A program made the translations under genes and the position numbers. The notes below the pieces were generated by a model that was given only the letters and a program-made list of their open reading frames with translations, had not been told where the DNA came from and ran no database searches. Positions 43,830-54,274 of a DNA stretch of 64,000 nt are shown here, one piece after another (position 1 is the stretch's first letter; every line of letters begins with the position of its first letter). This stretch comes from an uncultured bacterium (lineage in GTDB: Bacteria > JAGOEH01), in the NCBI GenBank assembly GCA_964632485.1, contig CAZWDO010000001.1, positions 1 to 64,000 of the forward strand. The letters run 5' to 3'.

Positions 43830-44003
43830 GATATTTTTTTAATTCAGGGAAAAAAATTTTACATTGTACGATTATTGATAGTGTCAATTTTTTATTTGGC
43901 GTAAAAACAGGAGTTCTTTAGAAAGAATCCCCTCACACTGCAGAAAGAACCCCTCACCCTGCCCCCTCCCCTCAAAGGGGGGAGGGTGAAGCGCAAATTA
44001 AAA

Positions 44004-45746
44004 TCATGTTCGCGTGAGATGTTCCGGATCGGCCTGGTAGATAATATCGTCCTTGCCGATGAAATCATGCTCGAAGATATCCTCATTGCTTTGTTTCTGA
44101 ACATAGTGAATATACGTCTTATACCCGCCCGAAAGGTTATAGACCTCGCAGCAGCCGGCCTGGCTCAAAATACGGGCCGCGATATAGGCGCGCAAACCGA
44201 CACCGCAGAAAACGATCACTTTGCGGTCTTTGGGGATGGATGCGAGTTTTTCCCTGATATCGTCAACGCCAATATTAATCGCGCCGTTGATCGTACCGAG
44301 ATCAAATTCTTCCGGGGTTCTCACATCGATCAGGGTGATTTCATCGCTGTTGAGTTTAAGCAGCTCTTCCACCTGGATCGCGTTGACCTTGCCGTTGATA
44401 ATATTTTCAGCTACAAAACCGGCGATATTGACGGGATCCTTGGCGGAAGAGAACGGCGGCGCATAGGCATGTTCGATATCGGTCAGGTCATGAATTGTTC
44501 CGCCGCTTTTAATCACTTGAGAAAAAAGATCGATGCGCTTATCAACCCCGTCATGGCCCACGATCTGAGCGCCATAGAGCTTGCCGGAGGTTTTGTCAAA
44601 ATTGATTTTGATCGTCATGGGGGTGGAGCCCGGGTAATACCCGGCATGGGAAGAGACGTGAACAATACTGGAGGCGTAATCGATATAATTTGATTGCAGG
44701 AGTTTATCCGATACGCCGGTCGCGGCGACCGTCAGATCGAAGACCTTGGCGATGGCGGTGCCGATGGAACCGGTATATTTTTCCGAATTGCCAAAAACCA
44801 GATTATCAGCCACGATACGGCCCTGCTTGTTGGCGGGTCCGGCCAAGTAAGTCGAGAGCGATTTTTTTAGGATCGGATGGGGAAATTCGATAGCATCGCC
44901 CAGGGCATAGATAAACGGATCCGAAGTTTGCATAAATTCATTGATGACAATCCCCCCGGCTTTACCCACTGTAAGCCCGGCTGCTTTGGCCAGTTTCGTG
45001 TCCGGCCGCACGCCAATAGAAAGGATGACCATATCTGCCCCGATTACCCGGCCGCTTTGCAGCTTGACATCAATTTTACCCGCGTTATCCGCAAACGACA
45101 TCACCGCTTCTTTAAGGTAAAATTCCACATTTTTTGTTTTCAAATGCTGGTGGACGAGGGTTGCCATTGAATAATCGAGCGGGGTCATCACCTGTTCCGC
45201 CATTTCCACGATCGAAACATTAATGCCCAGATGATGCAGGTTTTCCGCCATTTCCAGCCCGATGAAGCCGGCGCCAACCACTACGGCCCGTTTCGGCTGA
45301 TTTTTTTCGATATATTCTTTGATGCGATCGGTGTCGGGTACGTTACGCAGGGTAAAAATACCATCCAGATCGATCCCGGGAATCGGCGGACGCATGGGTT
45401 CGGCTCCCGGAGAAAGCACCAGCTTGTCATAGGATTCGGTATATGACTCACCGGTTTTCAAATTCTTGACATCCACGGTTTGTTCCACCGGATTAACAGC
45501 GATCACTTCCTGATTGACGCGGATATCTAAATTAAAGCGCCGCCCAAAACCCTGCGGAGTTTGAACGAATAGATTGTTGCGTTCCGTGATCACTCCGCCG
45601 ATATAATAGGGCAGTCCGCAATTGGCATAGGAGATATAGCTCCCTTTTTCAAACATGATAATAGAGACATTTTCATCCATGCGGCGCAAACGGGCCGCGA
45701 CGGTAGCGCCACCGGCGACTCCGCCGATAATCAAAATTTTTTTCAT
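44004..45746 (-). CDS. cdr: CoA-disulfide reductase with C-terminal rhodanese domain (Cdr/Npsr-like)
   Basis: GGVAGG, SYANCGLPY, GAGFIGLE, YAPPF; rhodanese 'DVRTPEEF...FCGVGLR...NLSGGY'. Confidence 0.92.
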   Translation of the reverse strand: MKKILIIGGVAGGATVAARLRRMDENVSIIMFEKGSYISYANCGLPYYIGGVITERNNLFVQTPQGFGRRFNLDIRVNQEVIAVNPVEQTVDVKNLKTGESYTESYDKLVLSPGAEPMRPPIPGIDLDGIFTLRNVPDTDRIKEYIEKNQPKRAVVVGAGFIGLEMAENLHHLGINVSIVEMAEQVMTPLDYSMATLVHQHLKTKNVEFYLKEAVMSFADNAGKIDVKLQSGRVIGADMVILSIGVRPDTKLAKAAGLTVGKAGGIVINEFMQTSDPFIYALGDAIEFPHPILKKSLSTYLAGPANKQGRIVADNLVFGNSEKYTGSIGTAIAKVFDLTVAATGVSDKLLQSNYIDYASSIVHVSSHAGYYPGSTPMTIKINFDKTSGKLYGAQIVGHDGVDKRIDLFSQVIKSGGTIHDLTDIEHAYAPPFSSAKDPVNIAGFVAENIINGKVNAIQVEELLKLNSDEITLIDVRTPEEFDLGTINGAINIGVDDIREKLASIPKDRKVIVFCGVGLRAYIAARILSQAGCCEVYNLSGGYKTYIHYVQKQSNEDIFEHDFIGKDDIIYQADPEHLTRT

Positions 45747-45779
45747 AACCAACTCCTTCCATTTTAATCTCTTTGCGCT

Positions 45780-45912
45780 ATTTGGATTACTGGATGAGCC
45801 TGCCAGTCGATCTGGTCGCATATCCAGGTTTCGCGGAACAGCTCATGATTGGCGCTGAGGATTTCCTTGAGGGAGGAAACCAGCAGTCAGTTGCCGAAAC
45901 CGAGTTTTTCAT
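45780..45912 (-). pseudogene. Decayed fragment of an AAA-ATPase paralogous to 20578-22107
   Basis: Allowing a frameshift it reads MK(K)LGFGN*LLVSSLKEILSANHELFRETWICDQIDWQAHPVIQ, versus MKKLGIG...LLVSTLKEIFTGNRELFRETWIYDKMDWPVHPVIH. Confidence 0.75.
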
Positions 45913-46089
45913 AGTTTCAATATAGACAATTCCCACAAAATTGCAAGATTTTTTTTTTGTATGCGATTCGACCTTTAGGGTAAAACCAACATCAACATTC
46001 TATTAACTATCAGCTACCCAAAAAATTTGATCCAGTTACCCTATAGAAAAGAGAAAAGGCGCGATGATCTGGAGAAGCTGTTGAAGGGA

Positions 46090-49000
46090 TCACACCATCA
46101 GTCGGGCCGGTTGTTTTTGATGCAGCTCCTGTAAGCTATAAACATTCCATTGTCCAAGGCGCATGGCTTCAATACCCGATAAAGCGGCCAGAGCCCCCGA
46201 CAACGTCGTAATTAACAATATTCGGTGCTTAAAGGCTTCGATGCCGATGCTGGCTTCGCTCTGGCGGGAATCTTTGCCCAGGGGAGTATTGATAATCAGA
46301 TCAAACTTTTTCTCTCGAATATAATCAATGATGTTGGGAGACGATTCGGACACTTTACGCACTTCTTCCACATCCAATCCCTGGATACGGAGAGCCTGGG
46401 CCGTCCCGCGGGTGGCGAAGAGTTTAAAACCGAGAAGCGCGAAATTACGAGCAATGGGCACGATCATTTTCTGGTCGTTGTCGTGGACGCTGAGCAACAC
46501 CGCGCCCTCAACCGGGAAGTAGTCATGCACCGCCAACTGGGCTTTTGCGAACGCATTGCCGAAAGTGGGCGATATGCCCATCACTTCGCCGGTGGAGCGC
46601 ATTTCCGGCCCTAAATGGCGAGGCGTACCCGGGAATTTATGAAACGGCAGTACACATTCTTTTACTGAAAAATAGGGGGGAATACGTTCCTGAAGATCCT
46701 CAAATCCGTTCAACCGTTTCCCCAGTATCACCTGGGTTGCAATGCGGGCCAACGGTAATCCCACCGCTTTACTGACAAAAGGCACTGTTCGGGAAGCGCG
46801 CGGGTTCACTTCAATAACGTAAAGCACGTCATCTTTGAGGGCAAATTGTAGATTAACCAGGCCTTTGACATTGAGCCGACGGGCCAATCGCCGGGTATAT
46901 TCGCGAATCAGAATTTCATGTTTAGGACTGATCATGTAAGCAGGCAATACCGCCGCGCTATCGCCGGAATGAATCCCGGCTTCCTCGATATGCTGCATCA
47001 CACCACCGATGAGAACCTGCTCCCCGTCGCTGATCGCATCCACATCAAATTCAAACGCATCTTCTAAAAAGCGGTCAATAATTACCGGATGTTCCGGCGT
47101 CACTTTTAACTCTTCCGCCGCATATTCTTTCAAGGATTCAGTATCATAAACAATACGCATAGCTCGTCCGCCCAGAACGTATGACGGACGGAGAAGTACC
47201 GGATAACCAACGCTTTCCGCCTCTCGCAAGAGTTCATCGGCCGTCATCGCAGTTCGAAAGGCCGGATAATCGATTCCCAATTCACGCAACAGCTTGCCGA
47301 AGCGTTCCCGGTTTTCCGCCAGATCGATCATGGCATAAGATGTTCCCAGGATCGGAACCCCTGCGGCATTGAGAAGTTGCGCCAGTTTTAACGGGGTCTG
47401 GCCACCGAACTGGACTACCACGCCAATGGGTTGTTCCAGCTCCACAATATGCATTACGTCTTCAAACGTCAATGGCTCGAAATAGAGTTTATCAGAAATG
47501 TCGTAGTCCGTGCTGACGGTTTCGGGATTACTATTAATCATAATCGCTTCATAGCCCATATCACGGATCGTGGCCACACAATGCACGCAGCAATAATCAA
47601 ATTCAATCCCCTGGCCGATGCGATTGGGTCCGCCACCGAGGACGATCACTTTGGGTTTTGAAGATGGGATGGATTCATTTTCTTCATCGTACGAGGAATA
47701 GTAGTAGGCAGTACGGGCGGCAAACTCCCCGGCGCAGGTATCTACCATTTTATATACGGGACGGATTTTCAACGCATACCGCCGATTGCGCATAATCGCC
47801 TCATCGCTTCCCAATAAATACGCCAATTGCTTGTCGGAAAATCCATTTTGTTTGGCTCGACGCAGTAATTCTACAGGCATCTCATCATCATGTCCATTGA
47901 ACCTTCTGATTTCCCGTTCAAGACTGATCAATTTTTCGAAATGCGATAAAAACCACGGATCAATAGCGGTTAGTTGATAGATTTCTTCCCTGCTAATTCC
48001 GGCTTCCAAGGCATATTTAACGTAAAAAATGCGATCCCAGTACGGTTTTTGAATATGCTCCCGCAGAATTTCACATAAAGCCGCTCGTTTTTTATCATCC
48101 ATCTTATCAATGGCAAACGGGTCCTTGCCGTCGGCGCCGAACCCGGCGCGACCGGTTTCCAATGAGCGTAAAGCCTTTTGGAACGCTTCATTAAAAGTTC
48201 GACCCAGGGACATGACTTCACCCACGGATTTCATCTGGGTGGTTAAGATGGGGGGAGTATCGGGAAATTTTTCAAAATTGAAACGGGGTATTTTGACCAC
48301 AACGTAATCCAGGGACGGTTCAAAGCAGGCCGGGGTCTTGCCGGTGATCTCATTGGTGATTTCATCCAGAGTATAGCCAATCGCCAGCAATGCGGCAATT
48401 TTGGCAATCGGGAACCCGGTCGCCTTTGAAGCCAGGGCCGAACTACGCGACACTCGTGGATTCATTTCTATCACGCGAACATCCCCATTGGCCGGATTTA
48501 TGGCGAACTGGATATTAGAGCCGCCGGTATCGACGCCAATGGCGCGGATGATGCTTATGGAGTAATCGCGTAACCGCTGGTATTCCATATCACTCAGGGT
48601 TTGCGCCGGCGCCACGGTGATGCTATCGCCCGTATGAATACCCATAGGATCCAAATTTTCAATAGAACAGACTATCACGACCTGGTCCCGGCGATCGCGC
48701 ATCACTTCTAACTCAAACTCTTTCCAGCCTAAAATCGATTCTTCGATGAGCAATTCCCGAGTAGGGCTTTCTGTTAATCCCCATTCGACCATGCATCGGT
48801 ACTCATCCATATTATAGGCTACATTCCCGCCGGATCCCCCGAGAGTAAACGAAGGCCTGATAATCAAGGGAAATTTTACCGTATTCAAAAATTCCATAGC
48901 TTCAACCATGGAATGAACCACGGCGCCGATGGGAATCGGCAAGCCGATGGCGCGCATCGTTTCGGCAAATGACTGGCGGTTCTCGGCTTTTTGTATCGCC

Positions 49001-49362
49001 TCAATTCCCGCTCCAATCAATTCTACCTGGTACTTTTTCAAAATCCCGGCTTGATCCAACTGCAATGTTAAATTCAAAGCAGTTTGCCCGCCCATTGTCG
49101 GTAATATTGCGTCCGGGCGTTCACGCTCAATAATTTTCTCTAAAAAAGGGACGGTCAATGGTTCGATATAGGTTCTATCGGCGAGTTCAGGATCGGTCAT
49201 GATCGTAGCGGGATTGCTATTCACCAGAATGACCTGGAATCCTTCTTTTTTTAAAACTTTCGCGGCCTGGGTGCCGGAATAATCAAATTCGCAGGCCTGG
49301 CCAATGACGATCGGTCCCGAACCGATGATTAAAATTCGTCGCAGATCACTTCGTTTAGGCAC
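46090..49362 (-). CDS. carB: Carbamoyl-phosphate synthase large subunit
   Basis: '[19 protein letters not shown]', '[18 protein letters not shown]', duplicated ATP-grasp, MGS domain. Confidence 0.98.
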   Translation of the reverse strand: MPKRSDLRRILIIGSGPIVIGQACEFDYSGTQAAKVLKKEGFQVILVNSNPATIMTDPELADRTYIEPLTVPFLEKIIERERPDAILPTMGGQTALNLTLQLDQAGILKKYQVELIGAGIEAIQKAENRQSFAETMRAIGLPIPIGAVVHSMVEAMEFLNTVKFPLIIRPSFTLGGSGGNVAYNMDEYRCMVEWGLTESPTRELLIEESILGWKEFELEVMRDRRDQVVIVCSIENLDPMGIHTGDSITVAPAQTLSDMEYQRLRDYSISIIRAIGVDTGGSNIQFAINPANGDVRVIEMNPRVSRSSALASKATGFPIAKIAALLAIGYTLDEITNEITGKTPACFEPSLDYVVVKIPRFNFEKFPDTPPILTTQMKSVGEVMSLGRTFNEAFQKALRSLETGRAGFGADGKDPFAIDKMDDKKRAALCEILREHIQKPYWDRIFYVKYALEAGISREEIYQLTAIDPWFLSHFEKLISLEREIRRFNGHDDEMPVELLRRAKQNGFSDKQLAYLLGSDEAIMRNRRYALKIRPVYKMVDTCAGEFAARTAYYYSSYDEENESIPSSKPKVIVLGGGPNRIGQGIEFDYCCVHCVATIRDMGYEAIMINSNPETVSTDYDISDKLYFEPLTFEDVMHIVELEQPIGVVVQFGGQTPLKLAQLLNAAGVPILGTSYAMIDLAENRERFGKLLRELGIDYPAFRTAMTADELLREAESVGYPVLLRPSYVLGGRAMRIVYDTESLKEYAAEELKVTPEHPVIIDRFLEDAFEFDVDAISDGEQVLIGGVMQHIEEAGIHSGDSAAVLPAYMISPKHEILIREYTRRLARRLNVKGLVNLQFALKDDVLYVIEVNPRASRTVPFVSKAVGLPLARIATQVILGKRLNGFEDLQERIPPYFSVKECVLPFHKFPGTPRHLGPEMRSTGEVMGISPTFGNAFAKAQLAVHDYFPVEGAVLLSVHDNDQKMIVPIARNFALLGFKLFATRGTAQALRIQGLDVEEVRKVSESSPNIIDYIREKKFDLIINTPLGKDSRQSEASIGIEAFKHRILLITTLSGALAALSGIEAMRLGQWNVYSLQELHQKQPARLMV

Positions 49363-49388
49363 ATTGATATCCTTTGTTTATATAATGG

Positions 49389-50477
49389 TTATGATTGATT
49401 GATCAACGACCAGAACTGATCGAACACCGGTTCGGCATCATGCGGCCCCGGAGCAGCTTCCGGATGATACTGCACGGAGAATACCGGCCAGGAGCGCAAC
49501 CTCATTCCTTCCACCGTCTGATCATTTAAATTGATATGGGTAATATCTATCGCCGCGTCATTGACTGAATCGGGATCAACGGCAAAGTTGTGATTCTGGG
49601 AAGTGATATATATTTTATCCTGAACCAAATCTTTCACCGGATGATTGAGGCCATGATGCCCGTATTTCAGTTTCAGAGTGCGCGCACCGGCGGCCAGCGA
49701 CAATAATTGATGGCCCAGGCAAATCCCCATGATCGGATAGAGGGGAATCAGTTTTTTCAGCAAATCAACGGCAACAGCAACTGCCGCCGGATCTCCGGGC
49801 CCATTGGATACTAAAATGCCATCCGGATGAACCGCAGCAATATCGTCAAGCGATGACCGCAGATTGAAACAATGAATATCAGCGCCCCGTCGGGTCAGGC
49901 AGCGAATGATATTCTCTTTGCAGCCTAAGTCTAACAAGGCGATCCGTTTTTTCTGGCTGAAGCCTTCTGCGGGATAATAATCCGGGCGTTGGACCCTGAG
50001 ATCTGAAACCAGGTCTTTACCCTCCATGGAGCCGAATTCAGCAATTTTGCTCTGCAATTCCCGGGGATCAAACGTTACGCTGGAAATAATCCCAACCAGC
50101 GATCCTTTTTCACGGATTTCGCACGTCAGTTTTCGTGTGTCGATACCAGTAATACCCATTTTCCCGGCATCCGCTAAAAACTGGCCTAAGGAACGATCCG
50201 CGCGAAAATTGCTATAGCCCTCATGATAATCCCGCGCGACAAGTCCCTCCGCCCAGATATGATCAGACTCATAATCCTGCGGATTGACCCCATAGTTTCC
50301 AATATGCGGATTTGTAAACACTATCAATTGACCGCGATAGGAGGGATCCGTCAGAACTTCCTGGTATCCTGTCATACCCGTATTAAAAACAATTTCACCG
50401 ACCCATTCGCCCTCAGATCCAAAAGTCTCACCATGGTAAAGAGTACCACATTCCGTCATCAGAATTGCTTTTTTCAT
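49389..50477 (-). CDS. carA: Carbamoyl-phosphate synthase small subunit
   Basis: 'GEIVFNTGMTGYQE.LTDPSY', SNGPGDP, GICLGHQ, QYHPEA. Confidence 0.98.
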   Translation of the reverse strand: MKKAILMTECGTLYHGETFGSEGEWVGEIVFNTGMTGYQEVLTDPSYRGQLIVFTNPHIGNYGVNPQDYESDHIWAEGLVARDYHEGYSNFRADRSLGQFLADAGKMGITGIDTRKLTCEIREKGSLVGIISSVTFDPRELQSKIAEFGSMEGKDLVSDLRVQRPDYYPAEGFSQKKRIALLDLGCKENIIRCLTRRGADIHCFNLRSSLDDIAAVHPDGILVSNGPGDPAAVAVAVDLLKKLIPLYPIMGICLGHQLLSLAAGARTLKLKYGHHGLNHPVKDLVQDKIYITSQNHNFAVDPDSVNDAAIDITHINLNDQTVEGMRLRSWPVFSVQYHPEAAPGPHDAEPVFDQFWSLINQS

Positions 50478-50481
50478 GCGT

Positions 50482-51576
50482 TTATACGCTCCGTTCCAGG
50501 GATAAAATGATTTTCGCCGCATCTAAAATCGAATCGACCACCCAATCTCCCCGATTGGAGTAATGGCCATCAAGCCCCTTACAGCCAGTGTTCACTAAAA
50601 ACTTTTTAATCCCAATCCGATCGGCGGTCGCCATATCGACCGACTGATCACCGATATAAAAGCTATGAGCCAGATCGATATTTAAATCTTTTACCGCGCG
50701 TTCGAGTAACATGATATTGGGTTTGCGGCAGGGACAGTTCTCTGTGATGCCATGAGGACAAAAATAGATACGATCAATTTTAACGCCAAATGGTTTGAGG
50801 GCTTTAAACATCGCTTGGTTCACCCGATAAAAATCTTCAACAGTAAAATATCCCAAACCGATACCGGCCTGATTAGTAATAACGACCAGACGATATCCCA
50901 TATTTTGTAATTCAGCGAGCCCCTCACCGACTCCGTTAATCAGTTTAAATTTTTCCGGCTCATGGAGATACGATATTTCTTCATTGATAGTGCCGTCGCG
51001 GTCCAAAAAAATAGCGGGAGCCGCTTTCAGCGCTGGCAATTGCCAGTGAGCATGGGTAGTGGCAGTATCCATTTGCCAGCCAGTATGCGGTTGATCCGAA
51101 GGATGGCTGTTGAGACGCTGTAATAATTCGCTGGTAGAGACCGGGTAAATAACAGGTATCAAAATAACCTTACCGCCAATCGCTTCGATCACGGATGCCG
51201 ATGTCAGTTGCTCTTTGTTATAATCGCCAGCTTTGAAATAGATATGGGGTTTTAGATATTCAATATTGGTTTGATTGCGGCGTTCAGAGAATTGGAAGAC
51301 GTAATCGACGTCCATCATTGCCGCTAAAACGCGCATCCGTTGTTCAGCGGGCACTAATGGACGATTGCTGCCTTTATAGCGGCGCACAGATTCATCGTCA
51401 TTCACACCGACTACCAGACAATCGCATTGCGCTTTCGCCTGCTGCAAATAATCGACATGACCGGCATGGATCAAATCAAACACTCCGGAAGTAAACCCAA
51501 TGGTTTTACCTTCGTCTCTTTTCAGTTGCAATAGGGAACGAAGGGCTTCTCGGGTCTTGATTTTATCCGGAACCAT
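50482..51576 (-). CDS. Bifunctional heptose-1-P adenylyltransferase-like (HldC/RfaE domain II) + GmhB/HisB-N HAD phosphatase
   Basis: 'GVFDLIHAGH', 'KG..RP', 'KAGDY'; 'FLDRDGTIN', TNQAG, 'CPH...C.CRKP', IGD. Confidence 0.88.
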   Translation of the reverse strand: MVPDKIKTREALRSLLQLKRDEGKTIGFTSGVFDLIHAGHVDYLQQAKAQCDCLVVGVNDDESVRRYKGSNRPLVPAEQRMRVLAAMMDVDYVFQFSERRNQTNIEYLKPHIYFKAGDYNKEQLTSASVIEAIGGKVILIPVIYPVSTSELLQRLNSHPSDQPHTGWQMDTATTHAHWQLPALKAAPAIFLDRDGTINEEISYLHEPEKFKLINGVGEGLAELQNMGYRLVVITNQAGIGLGYFTVEDFYRVNQAMFKALKPFGVKIDRIYFCPHGITENCPCRKPNIMLLERAVKDLNIDLAHSFYIGDQSVDMATADRIGIKKFLVNTGCKGLDGHYSNRGDWVVDSILDAAKIILSLERSV

Positions 51577-51579
51577 GGC

Positions 51580-52032
51580 CTACGTCCGATTTTCAACCAG
51601 TTCAAGGCACTCGAGAAAATCCTCAGGGCACAGCGAACTCATCAATAAATGGCGTTGGTCTGTTTTATAAAGCAATTGCGACAGATATTGCAAATAGTTC
51701 CGATGCAGTTCCGGTTTATTTTTAGGAGCCAGATTCATAAAAATCAGTTTCACCGGTTGATAATCAATCGATTGGAAATCGATTCCCGACGGCTGTATGC
51801 CAACGCAAATAACCAGTTCATCAACTGTATCAATATACGCGTGGGGAATGGCCACTTCAAATCCGATACCTGTCGTCATTTTCTGTTCGCGATCCCAAAG
51901 CTGTTCAAGGATAAACGCCTGGTCCAATTCCTGCGGCATGACCGCCACTAATTCCTTGAACGCTTCATGACGTTCCCGGCTTTTAAGGGGAATAATAATC
52001 CGCTCCAGATCAATCAGTTGATAAAGCTGCAT
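51580..52032 (-). CDS. PTS EIIA (Ntr/fructose type) domain protein
   Basis: 'RE.KMTTGIG.EVAIPH', 'GIDF.SID..PV.LIF'. Confidence 0.88.
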   Translation of the reverse strand: MQLYQLIDLERIIIPLKSRERHEAFKELVAVMPQELDQAFILEQLWDREQKMTTGIGFEVAIPHAYIDTVDELVICVGIQPSGIDFQSIDYQPVKLIFMNLAPKNKPELHRNYLQYLSQLLYKTDQRHLLMSSLCPEDFLECLELVENRT

Positions 52033-52034
52033 CG

Positions 52035-53117
52035 CTATTCCTCTTTAATGCCATAAATCTCTTTGATTTTTTCCATCATTAATTCCTGATGATACTCCTG
52101 GGCTTTCATAAAAGCCGACAGAGCGAGTGAATCTAATTTGGCTTCATCCTTGTACAATTCCCGAATAGATTCAGCCAGTGCCTCAGTATCCTTTTCCGGC
52201 ACCAGGGCAATACTTTCAAATTCAATCGCAAGATCTTCCAGATACGGTTGGCTGAAGGCGACAACCGGAACTCCAGCCGCCATTGCTTCCAACGGAATAA
52301 TTGAGTACTCGTTTGTCACATAAGGGATAATCAGCAGGTCCAAAGCCGGAATAATATCATAGATACGATCACAAAATCCGGTGAAATGGATTCGGGTTTT
52401 CAGGTGGCATTGATGGATTTTCTCCATGAGTTCACTTTTTTGGGGGCCATCGCCGATCAGCGCCAGCTTGACATCGGTATCCGCTTTTAATAAATTAAGC
52501 GCATCAATCAAATAGGTAAAGCCGTTTCTTTTTTCAAAGCGGCCCAGCGCTCCAACCAGGAATCCCCGATCGGGAAGATGAAACATCCGTCTGAATTGGC
52601 TTTTTTGGTACGGCATGTTGTTGACGTAAAAACGTTCGGAAATGCCATAAGGGATATGTTCCAGCAATTGAGCGGGAACTCCCTGTTCAATAAATTTAAG
52701 ACGCTCATTAGCGGCGATTGTGATGACATGATCCATTTTTCTCAGGGAGATTTTATCTAAGAAGCCCAGCTTGGAGCTGACTCCTCCCGAATGAAACGTA
52801 TGAACCAATCGGCTGGTTTTGGAGGCCCAACGAGCCACAATTCCCCAAAAAGGCGGAATATCGTGGGCATGAATAACATCAAAATGATTTAGTTTCAGGT
52901 ATTTATAAAAAGCGATCCAGGCTTTAAATTTTGATTTTAAAAAATCGAGGACCGTTACCTGGTAACCGGATTGAGCCATTTTTTGCGACCACCCGCCATC
53001 ATTGGGCGTCAGAATTGTCAGTTCCGTTTCATTGTTGCGAATAATTCGGGCAATGTAGTAAATATGGGTTTGTATATGGGAGTAATTGCCCTGATTGCTA
53101 ATCATTAACAGCTTCAT
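52035..53117 (-). CDS. GT4-family glycosyltransferase
   Basis: 'DVIHAH', 'HTFH', 'LGRF', 'GDGP', 'LEAMAAGVPVV'. Confidence 0.88.
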   Translation of the reverse strand: MKLLMISNQGNYSHIQTHIYYIARIIRNNETELTILTPNDGGWSQKMAQSGYQVTVLDFLKSKFKAWIAFYKYLKLNHFDVIHAHDIPPFWGIVARWASKTSRLVHTFHSGGVSSKLGFLDKISLRKMDHVITIAANERLKFIEQGVPAQLLEHIPYGISERFYVNNMPYQKSQFRRMFHLPDRGFLVGALGRFEKRNGFTYLIDALNLLKADTDVKLALIGDGPQKSELMEKIHQCHLKTRIHFTGFCDRIYDIIPALDLLIIPYVTNEYSIIPLEAMAAGVPVVAFSQPYLEDLAIEFESIALVPEKDTEALAESIRELYKDEAKLDSLALSAFMKAQEYHQELMMEKIKEIYGIKEE

Positions 53118-53168
53118 GCGCGTTTCCTTCAACCTTTCATGAGTAAGAGTGAAACCATTTAATTGTCA

Positions 53169-54230
53169 TTATCCAACAATCATTGCCGAAAAGACCAGAT
53201 CATCCTCGCGGTACCCAACTATATATTGTCCGGGAGTAACAGCATAAGCCGGTTGCAATAAGCGGACGGTTCCCTGAGAGGGTTCACGGGTCTCGATGAT
53301 TCCAGGATATAATTCTGAACGAAAACGAATTTTAAAAACAAGAGATTGTCCTTCAAGTAGTTCACGGGAAACAATCCAGTGAGCGTTTGAGAAATGGACA
53401 TCATTTTTATACAACGCCGATTTAGGTCCAATTACGACGGTATTAGATTCTTTTTGGATAGTGACGACATACATCGGCTCAGCCGCCGCCACGCACAACC
53501 CACGTCGTTGCCCCACGGTATAGCGCCAATAGCCCTGGTGAGCGCCCACTGTTGCGCCATCCAACGTTTTTATCGGTCCTTCCAAGGGTTTGAAATGATA
53601 TATTTCCTCCAGGAATTGTTTATAGTCCTTATTATGGGGGATAAAGCAAATTTCCTGGCTTTCCTTCTTTTCGTGGACCGGGAGTTTTTCCCGTTGGGCG
53701 ATTTGCCGGACATCCTCTTTTCTTAGACCTCCCAATGGCAAGATTAACCGATCCCGTTGGGTATCGCTCAAACCGGCCAAAAAATAGCTTTGATCTTTGG
53801 GATTGCCTGCGTCGCGTTGAATTAGAAATTTTTGGCTCTGTTGATTGAAAACACAGCGCGCATAATGTCCGGTCGCTATTTTTTCAACCCCCCAGGCGCG
53901 CGCGGTTTCCCACAGCCAGCCCAATTTCATCTCCGGATTGCAGCGCATACACGGGTTAGGAGTCAATCCTTTTTGGTATGCAGAAACAAAGGGTTCGACT
54001 ACCGCGGGAAGGAATATATCCCGGGCATCCAGAATATGATGCTCAATCTCTAAAGTCTCGGCGACACGCTCAGCATCCTGCAGAAAAGGGAATATGGAAA
54101 CACCGGCCCATTCCGGAGGGTAAAGCGCCATAGTCAATCCGATGAGTGAGTATCCCTGCTGTTTCAGCATCCAGGCGGCGACCGCGGAATCAACTCCGCC
54201 ACTCAGCGCCAAGGCAACTTTTTGGTTCAT
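53169..54230 (-). CDS. mnmA: tRNA 2-thiouridylase MnmA
   Basis: SGGVDS, TPNPC..CN, ATGHYA, KDQSYFL, ESQEICF, TPGQ. Confidence 0.97.
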   Translation of the reverse strand: MNQKVALALSGGVDSAVAAWMLKQQGYSLIGLTMALYPPEWAGVSIFPFLQDAERVAETLEIEHHILDARDIFLPAVVEPFVSAYQKGLTPNPCMRCNPEMKLGWLWETARAWGVEKIATGHYARCVFNQQSQKFLIQRDAGNPKDQSYFLAGLSDTQRDRLILPLGGLRKEDVRQIAQREKLPVHEKKESQEICFIPHNKDYKQFLEEIYHFKPLEGPIKTLDGATVGAHQGYWRYTVGQRRGLCVAAAEPMYVVTIQKESNTVVIGPKSALYKNDVHFSNAHWIVSRELLEGQSLVFKIRFRSELYPGIIETREPSQGTVRLLQPAYAVTPGQYIVGYREDDLVFSAMIVG

Positions 54231-54274
54231 GTTACCAATTTAATACAAAAAGAATAAAAAGACAAGCGAAAAAA

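Noticed and set aside
43945-43990. C-rich/G-rich hairpin between cdr and mbx (a related G-rich tract lies at ~20535-20562)
   Set aside because: Probably a terminator or another small palindromic repeat; too little evidence for an ncRNA or riboswitch.
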